DNA of 64,000 bases from Chloroflexia bacterium. Its GTDB lineage: Bacteria > Chloroflexota > Chloroflexia > QHBQ01 > JAICKM01. Shown here piece by piece: positions 37,438-46,066 of the stretch. The stretch's first letter is position 1, and each line of letters opens with the position of its first letter. The translations under genes were made by a program, and so were the position numbers. The notes under the pieces were generated by a model. That model was not told the DNA's origin and searched no databases. It saw only the letters and a program-made list of their open reading frames with translations. The stretch spans positions 617 to 64,616 of the forward strand of contig DASSGZ010000499.1 in NCBI GenBank assembly GCA_035693165.1, given 5' to 3'.

Positions 37438-39231
37438 ATGATCCACTGGATTTCCCCGGCCCGGCTGATTCGTCTGCTGGGCTGTGTTGTGCTGGGGCTG
37501 GCGTTGCTGACGGGGTGCGACCTTTTCGCGCCGGCGCCCAATACCACCCCGGTCCCCAGCCCCCCGTCCGCGGCGACCACCGCCAATCCCGCGGCCTCGG
37601 CCACCGCCGGTCCGGCATCCCCCGTCGCGCCCACGCCGACCACGCCGGCCAATGTGCCGCGCGGCGGCACGCTCACGGTGCGGATTCCGCACGACGTGAC
37701 CACGCTCAATCCGCTGTTCGTGGATAAAGGGCCAGGCAACCAGGACGCGGCGGCGGCGCAAGTCACCGGGCTGATCTTCAACGGCCTGACCCGGCTGGAC
37801 GATCAGTTGCGCCCGGTGCCCGACCTGGCCGAAAGCTGGGATGTCGCCCCCGACGGCCTGAGCCTGACCTTCCACCTGCGCTCCGGCGTCAAGTGGCAAG
37901 ACGGCAGCCCGGTCACGTCGGCGGATGTGATCTGGACCTACAATACCTGGCTCAACCTCACCGGCACCACAACGCTGCAATACCATCTGCGCGACGCCGT
38001 GCTGCAGATCCAGCCCGCCGACCCACCCGAGTCGACGGTGCGCTTCTGGCTCAAGAAGCCCTACGCGCCGATCCTGGCCGACCTGGCCGCCCCCATTCTG
38101 CCCAAGCACCTGCTGGGCAATGTGCCGCTCGACCAGCTCGATGCCAGCGACTTCAATTTCAAGCCGGTGGGCACGGGGCCATACGAGTTCAGCGATCATA
38201 AGGAGGGCGAAAACGTCATCCTGACGGCCAACCCGGACTATTACGGCGGGCCGCCGAACATCAGCCGGGTCGCCTTCCTGGTGGCGCCCGACGCGCAAGT
38301 GGCCGTGAACGCGCTGAGTCAGGGCACGCTCTCGCTGGCCGAGGTGCCGCAGGCGGCGTGGGAGGAGTATGCGCGGCGGCCCGGCATCCAGAGCCTGTTC
38401 ACCCTGGCGCGCTATGCCGATCCCAGCTACTATTTCGTGGCCTTCAATGTGCGCGCGGGCCACGCGCTGAGCGACCCGCGCTTGCGCCAGGCGTGGGCGC
38501 TGGCCCTCAACAAGGAACCGCTGGTGCGCGAGGCCACCGGCGGCGCGGGCCTACCCATCTGGGGCGATATCAACCCGGCGTCGTGGGCCTTCGCGCCCGA
38601 CACGCCCCGGCTCAACAACGACCCGGCGCGCGCCCGCCAGTTGCTCACTGAGGCCGGGTGGACCGACACGAACGGCGACGGCATCGTGGACAAAGGCGGG
38701 GAGCCGCTCAAGATCAGCCTCTATGTGCGCGCCGACGACCCCGCGCGCCGCAAGGCCGCCGAACTGATGGGGCCGCCGCTCGCCGCGGTGGGCATCAGCA
38801 CCACGGTCGTCCCGGTGGACTTCGAGTCGGTGATCAACGCCAAGATCGATCCGCTGCACGACCCGGCGTTCGACTTCCACGCCATGGTCATGGGCTGGGA
38901 CAACCAGTCGCCCGACCCGGACGACTACCCGCTGTTCCATTCGAGCCAGATCCGCAGCAAGAGCAACCCGAACGGCCTGAACTACATCGGCTACAACTCG
39001 CCGGAGTACGACGAACTGAGCCGCAAAGCGCGCAGCGAGTACGACCCGGTGAAGCGCGCGGCGCTCTACGCGCAGATCCAGGCGCTGCTGGCCCAGGACC
39101 TGCCCTACTACTTCCTCTGGGCCGACCAGCACTACATGGTCTTGAACCACCACGTGCAGGGGCCGATCAACCTGGCCTCGCCGCGCTATCTGTGGAACGT
39201 GGAGAAATGGTGGATCGTGCCGGGACCGTAG
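37438..39231 (+). CDS. ABC transporter substrate-binding lipoprotein, family 5 (peptide/nickel type)
   Basis: The lipobox LALLTGC is followed by family-5 SBP motifs throughout. No permease or ATPase genes are adjacent. Confidence 0.88.
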   Translation: MIHWISPARLIRLLGCVVLGLALLTGCDLFAPAPNTTPVPSPPSAATTANPAASATAGPASPVAPTPTTPANVPRGGTLTVRIPHDVTTLNPLFVDKGPGNQDAAAAQVTGLIFNGLTRLDDQLRPVPDLAESWDVAPDGLSLTFHLRSGVKWQDGSPVTSADVIWTYNTWLNLTGTTTLQYHLRDAVLQIQPADPPESTVRFWLKKPYAPILADLAAPILPKHLLGNVPLDQLDASDFNFKPVGTGPYEFSDHKEGENVILTANPDYYGGPPNISRVAFLVAPDAQVAVNALSQGTLSLAEVPQAAWEEYARRPGIQSLFTLARYADPSYYFVAFNVRAGHALSDPRLRQAWALALNKEPLVREATGGAGLPIWGDINPASWAFAPDTPRLNNDPARARQLLTEAGWTDTNGDGIVDKGGEPLKISLYVRADDPARRKAAELMGPPLAAVGISTTVVPVDFESVINAKIDPLHDPAFDFHAMVMGWDNQSPDPDDYPLFHSSQIRSKSNPNGLNYIGYNSPEYDELSRKARSEYDPVKRAALYAQIQALLAQDLPYYFLWADQHYMVLNHHVQGPINLASPRYLWNVEKWWIVPGP

Positions 39232-39252
39232 CCAGCCCGGCAAGGCGCGCAC

Positions 39253-39285
39253 AAAAAGGGCGGCCCATGGACCGCCCTTTTGTTT
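39253..39285. terminator. Bidirectional intrinsic terminator
   Basis: AAAAAGGGCGG-cccatgga-CCGCCCTTTTGTTT: a 10-bp stem flanked by an A-tract and a T-tract, between convergent genes. Confidence 0.85.
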
Positions 39286-39296
39286 GCCACCGTACG

Positions 39297-40460
39297 TCAG
39301 CGCAACAGGCTGGGCCCGGCGCCGGAGCGCCGCTGCAGCATCTGCGGTCCTTTGCGCGCCGCATTGGGCCGCCCGGCCTGCAACTCCATCTCCGCCGACA
39401 TCTCCTCGGCGTCGGCGACCTGTTGCAGCAGGGCCACGGTGCGCGCCACTTCCTCCGGGCCAAGCGTGGCCGCCTGGAAGCGCACAGCCTCGCCGCCCAG
39501 CAGCGCCAGGAAGTCGCCGCCGCCCAGCAGTCCCTCGGCGCCGCTGCCCTGCATGCTCGATGCCGCCCGCGCCGCCGCGGCATCCCGGCAGCGCCCCACC
39601 AGCCGGGCGCCCCAACTCAGTTGGTCCACCAGGCTCGAACCCCGGCTCGATGCCACGAGGTAGACGCCCAGTTCGCGGCCATCGCGGGCAATGCGATCCA
39701 GCAGATCGAGCGACTCGGTGGCGCGCGGCCCGGCGGCCAGTTCTTCCAGCCCGTCGACCAGCATGACCAGGGACGCGCCTTCGATGGATTCGCCTTCGGT
39801 GAGCAGGTCCGCCCGTTCTTTCATCAGGCGGCCCACCCAGCGCAGCCGGATATAGGCTTCCTGGGGTTCTCGCACCGGCTCGGTCACCAGGTGCGGCAAG
39901 GGGGCCAGCGCGTCCCAGGCACTTTGCTCGCGCTTGCGCCCCCAGCGCGCCGGCCCGCTGACATCCATGAGCAGCATGCGCAGCGTGTCCGGGCTGTTAT
40001 GCAGCGCCAGCGAGACGGCCATGGTCTGCAACAGGTGCGTCTTCCCGGCGGCGGGCGCCCCGATAACCAGCGTGGGGCAAACCTCCGGCGCGTCGAGGCG
40101 CAACAGCAGAGGCGTGCCGCCGGTGTCGAGGCCCAGGGTCGCCGTGCAGGGCGGCACGATTTCGGCGACCTTTTTGGCGAGCGGCAGCAGGCGCACGGCC
40201 ACCGGGTCGGGGCGCGGCACTTCGAGCACCGGTTCCCCGGTTTCGGGGTCGGGCGCCAGGCGCACCGCAGGCACCTGCAGGGCTTCGGCGATCTGCGGCA
40301 ACAGTTGCGCGATCCGCGATGCGCGCACCGTCGGCGGCAGCCGCAGGTGGAAGTGGACCAGGCGCGGCGACAGCGCCCCGCCCGCCACCCGCCCATTGAT
40401 GTCATGGGCGTGCAGCACGTACTCTATTGCATTGGCATGATGGTCTAACAAGTCGCGCAT
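39297..40460 (-). CDS. Soluble FtsK/SpoIIIE motor-domain paralog (alpha+beta domains only; no TM, linker or gamma domain)
   Basis: It aligns by eye to the E. coli FtsK motor. Matches include the alpha-domain start, Walker A GAPAAGKT, HLVTEPV...ALRW-like region, arginine-finger region LVASSRGSS and C-terminal GAEGLLGGGDFL. The Walker B region reads LVMLVDGLEEL, where FtsK has VVLVDEFADL. Confidence 0.8.
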   Translation of the reverse strand: MRDLLDHHANAIEYVLHAHDINGRVAGGALSPRLVHFHLRLPPTVRASRIAQLLPQIAEALQVPAVRLAPDPETGEPVLEVPRPDPVAVRLLPLAKKVAEIVPPCTATLGLDTGGTPLLLRLDAPEVCPTLVIGAPAAGKTHLLQTMAVSLALHNSPDTLRMLLMDVSGPARWGRKREQSAWDALAPLPHLVTEPVREPQEAYIRLRWVGRLMKERADLLTEGESIEGASLVMLVDGLEELAAGPRATESLDLLDRIARDGRELGVYLVASSRGSSLVDQLSWGARLVGRCRDAAAARAASSMQGSGAEGLLGGGDFLALLGGEAVRFQAATLGPEEVARTVALLQQVADAEEMSAEMELQAGRPNAARKGPQMLQRRSGAGPSLLR

Positions 40461-40520
40461 CGAGTCCCAGGGGCATGATGATAAAGCGGCACGGGCGCCA
40501 CGTAGCCCACGCGGCCTCGG

Positions 40521-41210
40521 TTAGCTACTCTTTATAACGACGATTACCCGGCCCTGTACTTTCACCCGGTCCCGATCTGCACCCCGGCTGCGGGCGTTGG
40601 GGTAGAGCCGGATCGGTTCTTGCGCCGCCGTGGCCGACTGCAAGAAGATGTGGTCTTGCTTGCGGTAGAAGCGCTTCAGGGTGACATAGCCTTCCGGGTC
40701 ATCGGAGTCGGTCAGGCGGGCGACGACGAAGTCGCCGTTGTCGGCGTGATCCTGGGGATGGATGACGACGAGGTCGCCTGGATCGATGCCGACATGGGTC
40801 ATGGAGGTGCCGCGCACGCGCAGGGCAAAGACGCCGCTGCCGTCGCGCACCAGGGCGCGATCGACTTCCACGCCGTGTTCGTATTCGAGGTAGTCGTGGT
40901 AGGCCACGGTGGCGTCGTAGCGGCCCGCGGCGATCTCGCCGACGACGGGCACGCGCACGGTGGCGCGGGCGGCGACCCGGCGGCGGGCGTCGGTGACATA
41001 GACGCCGGCGTTCTTGCTGTTGCGCCGGAACGCCGCGCCGGGCGCGACAGGTTCGCTGCCGAGCACGCGCATGCCGTCGATCCGGGCGCTTGCTTCGCGT
41101 ATGGTGACTCCGGCGCCGGGGGCGCGATCAAACGCCCCCCAGGCAGGAGCCGCGCCGGGGGCAAGCGCATCGGCAACCCCCCGCGGCGCCGTCCAGCGCG
41201 GGTCCGGCAT
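40521..41210 (-). CDS. LexA-like S24 autopeptidase paralog without a recognisable LexA wHTH domain
   Basis: SD GGAGGGA precedes ATG 41210, 24 nt after the lexA stop. It has a cleavage-site-like VVGEIAAG, Ser in RGTSM and Lys in TLKRF. The N-terminal region of about 95 aa is Ala/Pro/Gly/Arg-rich. Confidence 0.75.
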   Translation of the reverse strand: MPDPRWTAPRGVADALAPGAAPAWGAFDRAPGAGVTIREASARIDGMRVLGSEPVAPGAAFRRNSKNAGVYVTDARRRVAARATVRVPVVGEIAAGRYDATVAYHDYLEYEHGVEVDRALVRDGSGVFALRVRGTSMTHVGIDPGDLVVIHPQDHADNGDFVVARLTDSDDPEGYVTLKRFYRKQDHIFLQSATAAQEPIRLYPNARSRGADRDRVKVQGRVIVVIKSS

Positions 41211-41234
41211 GGCGGTATCCCTCCGTCGGCGAGC

Positions 41235-41903
41235 TTAGTCTACGTGCCGCAAAACACCAACGACGCGGCCCTTGATTTCGAGATTGTCGGCTTCGGTGAA
41301 GATCGGGTCCATCGTCTTGTTGGCCGGCTGCAGGCGCACCCGCCCATCCGGCTCCGGGTAGAACCGCTTGAGCGTAGCTTCCTGCTCGTTGCGCAGCCAG
41401 GCCGCCACCGTCTGCCCGACTTCCGCCGTCTCCTGGGCCAGCACGATCACCACGTCGCCGTCGTTGATCAGTGCGTCGATCATTGACTCTCCCTTGACGC
41501 GCAGAGCGTAGAGGTTTTCCGGATGTGCGGCGTGGCGGCCCAGCAGCATCTGCGTAACGTCGAGCGTGTCCTCGGTGGAGGCGCGCACGTCTTGCAGCAC
41601 CGGGATCGGCGAACCTGCGGCGATCGGCGTCGGAGCCACGGGGATGCGGAACACGGCCAAGTTGTTGCGATGGCCGTTGCCGTTCTCCACCAGCTCGATG
41701 GCGCGCGAAATGCCCTTGCCCCGCCGGATCTGTCCGCGCTCTTCCAGCGCCTTGAGGTTGTAATCGACCACCGACGTGGACGAGATCCGGGGCTGGAGCC
41801 CCTCCTGGATGTCGCGCACGCTGGGCGGAAAGCCGTGGTCGTCGATGAACTTGCGGATAAACTCCAGGATCTTGGTCTGGCGCTCGGAAATATTCTTTGC
41901 CAT
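41235..41903 (-). CDS. lexA: LexA repressor
   Basis: N-terminal wHTH (LSERQTKILEFIRKFIDDHGFPPSVRDI), Ala-Gly site (PIAAG), KGESM serine and LKRF lysine. Confidence 0.93.
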   Translation of the reverse strand: MAKNISERQTKILEFIRKFIDDHGFPPSVRDIQEGLQPRISSTSVVDYNLKALEERGQIRRGKGISRAIELVENGNGHRNNLAVFRIPVAPTPIAAGSPIPVLQDVRASTEDTLDVTQMLLGRHAAHPENLYALRVKGESMIDALINDGDVVIVLAQETAEVGQTVAAWLRNEQEATLKRFYPEPDGRVRLQPANKTMDPIFTEADNLEIKGRVVGVLRHVD

Positions 41904-42126
41904 GGTCTCCCCTTCGATCAGTTCGTGTAAGCCGGCTCCTTGCGGCTACACGCGCGGCACGTCGAGTACCCGACCCCTAAGCTACATCTACCGATAAGGC
42001 GCCAACGCCCGCGTCTCAGGTGCGGGCCGTTGTCGCTGGTTTCCATCAGTCGCCGCCGGCAAAACAGAAAGTGGCATCTCACAATGACGGCAACACACAT
42101 ATACAGGGTACAAGGCTACTAGGCTC

Positions 42127-42156
42127 ATCATAGCACAGAACAATCGTTCGTGTCAA
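42127..42156 (-). promoter_or_regulatory. Promoter with an embedded SOS box (LexA operator)
   Basis: On the minus strand: TTGACA (42156-42151), an 18-nt spacer, then TATGAT (42132-42127). The spacer contains CGAACGATTGTTCT (42150-42137), a GAAC-N4-GTTC palindrome of the Gram-positive/Dehalococcoides-type LexA box. Confidence 0.75.
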
Positions 42157-42351
42157 TACTTTTGGCGGCAAAAACCGAACAAGGGTGCTATTATTATAGA
42201 AGCCCGCCCGCGGACGGAACCCGGTTCCATCGGCGGGCCGTTGCGTTACGGCGCTAAAAGCAGTAGAATGACAAAGACCGCAGCGTACGGACGCTCTGTG
42301 CTGCCGGTTTCCCGATGCGCCGACCCTGACCCCAGGCCAAGGAGTTTGCAC

Positions 42352-42999
42352 ATGCCACCAGAGCTAATTCAATTCATCAAAGACCTGCATGTGGTGGATA
42401 TCATCCTGTTCTTGATTATCGTGGGCTTTGCTTTCCTGGGCTTCACGAAGGGGACAGTGAAGCTGTTCATCATCCTGGCGTCCATTTATCTGGGCTTCAT
42501 CATCGCCGCCATCTATTACCTGCCGGTGGCCGACCTGGTGCACAACGTGTTCAATGTCAGCCTGAGTCGCGTAGCCCAGATCATCGCCTTCTTGTTGATT
42601 AACGTGGTCGTGGCGGTGGTGCTCACGATTCTGCTGTTCCAGTTCTTCGGCCACATTGAGATCGAGGGCCGGGCCGGGGCCTGCATCGACCGGCCCATCG
42701 GCATGTTGCTGGGCTTCGTCACGGGCATCCTGTTCACGGCGATCCTGGTTATCTTGCTTGAAGTGCCCTACACCCTGTACGAAGATCTGCGCCTGGCCGG
42801 CGACCAGGCGCCCTTGTTCGGCATCCTCCACGACTGGTTCAGCAACTCGCTGCTCGTGCCGGTGCTGGTCAAGGGCTTACCCATCCTCATGGGCAGCATT
42901 GCGCCGCTGCTCAACGGGCACGAGCCGCCGATCCTGATCAAACCAACCAGTGAGGCAATGCCGTTCTTAATAGGGCTGGTCGATTCGCGGCTGGGCTAA
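42352..42999 (+). CDS. cvpA: CvpA-family membrane protein
   Basis: SD AAGGAG precedes ATG 42352. The N-terminus (VDIILFLIIVGFAFLGFTKG) and 4-TM layout are typical of colicin V production protein family members. Confidence 0.75.
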   Translation: MPPELIQFIKDLHVVDIILFLIIVGFAFLGFTKGTVKLFIILASIYLGFIIAAIYYLPVADLVHNVFNVSLSRVAQIIAFLLINVVVAVVLTILLFQFFGHIEIEGRAGACIDRPIGMLLGFVTGILFTAILVILLEVPYTLYEDLRLAGDQAPLFGILHDWFSNSLLVPVLVKGLPILMGSIAPLLNGHEPPILIKPTSEAMPFLIGLVDSRLG

Positions 43000-43119
43000 C
43001 CCGGTCCGTAACCGGCGCACTTGCCGGTGTCGTCGCTCGCCCAGGGCGCGCCCGTACCGTCGGGGGCGCCTTTTTCCTGACTTGCTAATTATCGCGCGTT
43101 ACTAGAAGGACCCAATCGC

Positions 43120-45702
43120 GTGAACCCTAAGACAATCAACATCCTGGAGCTGCCCAAGGTCCTGGCGCGCCTGGCAGGCTATACCGCCTTCAGCGCCAGC
43201 CGGACCGCGGCCCAGGCGCTCACGCCCTCGACCGATCTGGCCGAGGTGCGCCGCCGCCAGCAGCACACCACCGAGGCAGTGCGCCTGCTCGGGCTGCGCC
43301 CGGAAATCGGCCTGGGCGGCGTCCACGACATCCGCGACAGCGTGCGGCGCGCCGATCTGGGTGCGGCCCTCGAACCCGGCGAGTTCCTGGTGATCCAGAG
43401 CACGATGGAGGCGGCGCGCGAACTGCGCACGGTCATGCTGCGCACCGAGGAGCAGAAAGGGGGCCTGCCGGTGCTGGCCGGACTGGCCGGCGGCATCACG
43501 CCCCTGCCCCGGCTCGAAACCGCCATCCGTCGCACCTTCGACAAGGACGGCAATATCCCCGACTCGGCCAGCCCGGCGCTAGGCCGCATCCGCGCCCAGG
43601 TGCGGATCGCCCACGACCGGCTGATGAGCAAGCTGCAACAGATCGTCAATTCGAGCAGCGCGTTGCAAGAGCCGATCATCAGCATGCGTGGCGACCGCTA
43701 TGTGGTGCCGGTGAAGGCCGACTTCCGCAGCCAGATGAAGGGCATCGTCCACGACCAGTCGTCCAGCGGCGCCACGCTCTGGGTGGAACCGATGGCCGTG
43801 GTCGAACTGGCGAACGACTGGCGCAAGCTCCAACTGGACGAGCAAGAAGAGATCATGCGCATCCTGCGCGAACTGGCCCGCGAGGTGGCCGCCGAAGCCG
43901 GGCCGCTGACCACCATGGTCGGCATCCTGGCGCAAGTGGACCTGGCGCTGGCCTGCGCCAAGTACAGCGATGCCGTCGGCGGCGTCGAGCCGGTGCTGGA
44001 TGTGCCATCGGAGGCCACCGCCCATGCCGGCGACGATAGCAAGCCCTCCGGCGGCGCGCCCGTTCCGCGGCTCATCGCCGGGGGCGACGTGGAGCCGCGC
44101 GGCATTTTGCTGCGCAACGCCCGCCACCCCTTGCTCACCGGCAAAGTCGTGCCCATCAACGTCGAACTGGGCGACCGCTTCCGTGTGCTGGTCATCACCG
44201 GCCCGAACACCGGCGGCAAAACCGTGGCCCTGAAGACCGTCGGCCTGCTGACGCTCATGGCAATGTGCGGCATGCACATCCCCGCCGACACCGGCTCGCG
44301 CCTGCTGGTGGTCGAGCGCATCTTCGCGGACATCGGTGACGAGCAGTCCATCGAGCAGAGCCTGAGCACCTTCTCGTCGCACATGTCGAACATCATCAGC
44401 ATCCTGAAGGAGCTGAACAACCGTAGCCTGGTGCTGTTCGACGAGTTGGGCGCGGGCACCGACCCGCAGGAGGGCGCCGCCCTGGCCCGCGCGCTGATCG
44501 AGCACCTGCTGTACAGCGGCGCGCTGGCGATCTGCACCACGCACTACTCCGAGTTGAAGGCTTTCGCCTACTCCACGCCGGGCGTGGAGAACGCCTCGGT
44601 GGAGTTCGATGTCGAGACGCTGGCGCCCACCTACAAGCTGACCGTGGGCCTGCCGGGGCGCTCGAACGCGCTGGCAATCGCCACCCGCCTGGGCCTCTCG
44701 CGCGACCTGGTGGCCCAGGCCCAGCGCTTCCTCAACCCGGAAGACATACACGTCGAGAATCTGCTGGAAGGCATCCGCCGCGAACGGGAGCAAGCCGGCG
44801 AGGAGCGCGCCGCCACCGAGCGCGCCCGCCGCGAGATGGAGGCCCGCCGCCGCGACCTGGAGCGCCAGTTACGCGACATCGACCGGCTGAAGCAGGAGGC
44901 GCTGGTCGAAGCCCGCGCCCAGGCCGAGGACGAACTGGCCGAACTGCGTGACCTGATCCGGAGGGTGCGTATCGAGAGCGAATCGAGCGCGCTGACCCGC
45001 GAGTGGGTGCAGCAACAGGCCCAGCGGCTGGAAAGCGCGCAAAAAGAGCTACGCACGCGCAACCGCCGCAAGGCCGCCACCCCATCGGTGCCCACCGCGC
45101 CCGCGCCGGCGCCCGTCGCGCCGTTGCGGCCCGGCGACCGGGTCTATGTGCCGTCGTTCGACGCCGAGGGCGAGGTGCTGACCGCGCCCGACGCCAACAA
45201 CACGGCGGAGGTGCAGTTGGGTGCCTTCAAGCTGCGCGTGAAAGTGGACGACATGGAGCGCGTGGGCCAGACCGGCGACGGCTGGACCTGGCGCACCAGC
45301 GACGGCGGCGCCGGCGAGGAGGCCGCTCGCTCCGGCGGCGTGCGCGCCTGGGGCAGCGAGGCGGCGCCCCGGCGCGGCGGCCGCGCCGAGACGGTCACGG
45401 CGTCCTCGCTGATGCAGCGCGCGGCGGCGGCCCAGGTGCCGATGGAGATCGATCTGCGCGGCTACCGCGCCGAGGAGATCGAGCCGGCGCTCGACCCCTA
45501 CCTGCAAGACGCCGCGCTGGCCGGGATGCCGATGGTGCGCATCATCCACGGCAAGGGCACGGGCGTGCTGCGCCAGGTGACGCGCGACATCCTCAAAAAG
45601 CACCCGCTGGTGCGCGGCTGGGCGCCCGGCCCGGTCGAGCAAGGCGGCGAAGGCGTCACCCTGGCCTACTTCGATAAGCCCCCGGCGGCGAGTGATCAGT
45701 GA
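43120..45702 (+). CDS. mutS2: Endonuclease MutS2 (MutS domain, coiled-coil, Smr domain)
   Basis: GTG start. Walker A is GPNTGGKT, with an STFS motif and a C-terminal Smr domain (IDLRGYRAEE...IIHGKGTGVLR). Confidence 0.95.
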   Translation: MNPKTINILELPKVLARLAGYTAFSASRTAAQALTPSTDLAEVRRRQQHTTEAVRLLGLRPEIGLGGVHDIRDSVRRADLGAALEPGEFLVIQSTMEAARELRTVMLRTEEQKGGLPVLAGLAGGITPLPRLETAIRRTFDKDGNIPDSASPALGRIRAQVRIAHDRLMSKLQQIVNSSSALQEPIISMRGDRYVVPVKADFRSQMKGIVHDQSSSGATLWVEPMAVVELANDWRKLQLDEQEEIMRILRELAREVAAEAGPLTTMVGILAQVDLALACAKYSDAVGGVEPVLDVPSEATAHAGDDSKPSGGAPVPRLIAGGDVEPRGILLRNARHPLLTGKVVPINVELGDRFRVLVITGPNTGGKTVALKTVGLLTLMAMCGMHIPADTGSRLLVVERIFADIGDEQSIEQSLSTFSSHMSNIISILKELNNRSLVLFDELGAGTDPQEGAALARALIEHLLYSGALAICTTHYSELKAFAYSTPGVENASVEFDVETLAPTYKLTVGLPGRSNALAIATRLGLSRDLVAQAQRFLNPEDIHVENLLEGIRREREQAGEERAATERARREMEARRRDLERQLRDIDRLKQEALVEARAQAEDELAELRDLIRRVRIESESSALTREWVQQQAQRLESAQKELRTRNRRKAATPSVPTAPAPAPVAPLRPGDRVYVPSFDAEGEVLTAPDANNTAEVQLGAFKLRVKVDDMERVGQTGDGWTWRTSDGGAGEEAARSGGVRAWGSEAAPRRGGRAETVTASSLMQRAAAAQVPMEIDLRGYRAEEIEPALDPYLQDAALAGMPMVRIIHGKGTGVLRQVTRDILKKHPLVRGWAPGPVEQGGEGVTLAYFDKPPAASDQ

Positions 45703-45754
45703 TGTGCTACGCACCGCTGCGCGATCGGTGGTCAGTATTCAGTATCAGTTGTGA

Positions 45755-45795
45755 CAAGGGGCGGCGCCGTATTCTACAAACAGCGCCGCCCCTTG
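45755..45795 (+). terminator. Stem-loop downstream of mutS2
   Basis: A perfect 13-bp stem CAAGGGGCGGCGC (45755-45767) pairs with GCGCCGCCCCTTG (45783-45795) across a 15-nt loop. There is no clear T-tract. Confidence 0.55.
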
Positions 45796-45829
45796 CCGTG
45801 TGTGGAAGCGCGAGATCTTGAGGTTTAGG

Positions 45830-46066
45830 ATGCCCTTTCGTGAACTGGACACGATACGCATCGTCCGACTTCTGCGGGATAATCGCGAGTATAGCGGAAC
45901 ACCAGGGCTAAACCGATCACCACGGATTGGAGATGTGGGCACGATTGTGCATGTCCATGATCCGCACGGGCCGTACTCTGTCGAATGTGTGAATGCGGAG
46001 GGTTATACGGTCTGGCTGGCTGATTTCGCGGCAGAAGAGATAGAGCCGTTTCAAGTCACCGGTTAA
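45830..46066 (+). CDS. DUF4926-like small protein
   Basis: The pattern ELD.I...R......G..GDVGTIVHVH.....Y.VE.V...G.TV matches my recollection of DUF4926. GC is lower than in the flanks. Confidence 0.6.
   Translation: MPFRELDTIRIVRLLRDNREYSGTPGLNRSPRIGDVGTIVHVHDPHGPYSVECVNAEGYTVWLADFAAEEIEPFQVTG

Noticed and set aside
38658-40448. 596-aa plus-strand ORF spanning the SBP 3' end, the terminator and the antisense of the FtsK-like gene
   Set aside because: It crosses a clear bidirectional terminator hairpin and has a low-complexity Arg/Gly/Ala/Pro composition. Both overlapped genes have strong family signatures.
39297-41903. Interpretation of the lexA / S24 / FtsK-like trio as a prophage or ICE remnant (CI-like repressor plus DNA translocase)
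   Set aside because: There is no integrase, att repeat, or structural or conjugation gene. No compositional shift is visible, and the flanks are housekeeping genes (SBP, cvpA, mutS2). LexA itself is canonical.
41918-42100. 60-codon Cys/Arg-rich ORF in the lexA leader as a candidate SOS-induced small protein
   Set aside because: It has no Shine-Dalgarno sequence and uses rare codons for this genome (AGA, TTA, TTT). It has no convincing TM segment. It cannot be distinguished from chance in a 215-nt leader and is noted only as something ribosome profiling could revisit.
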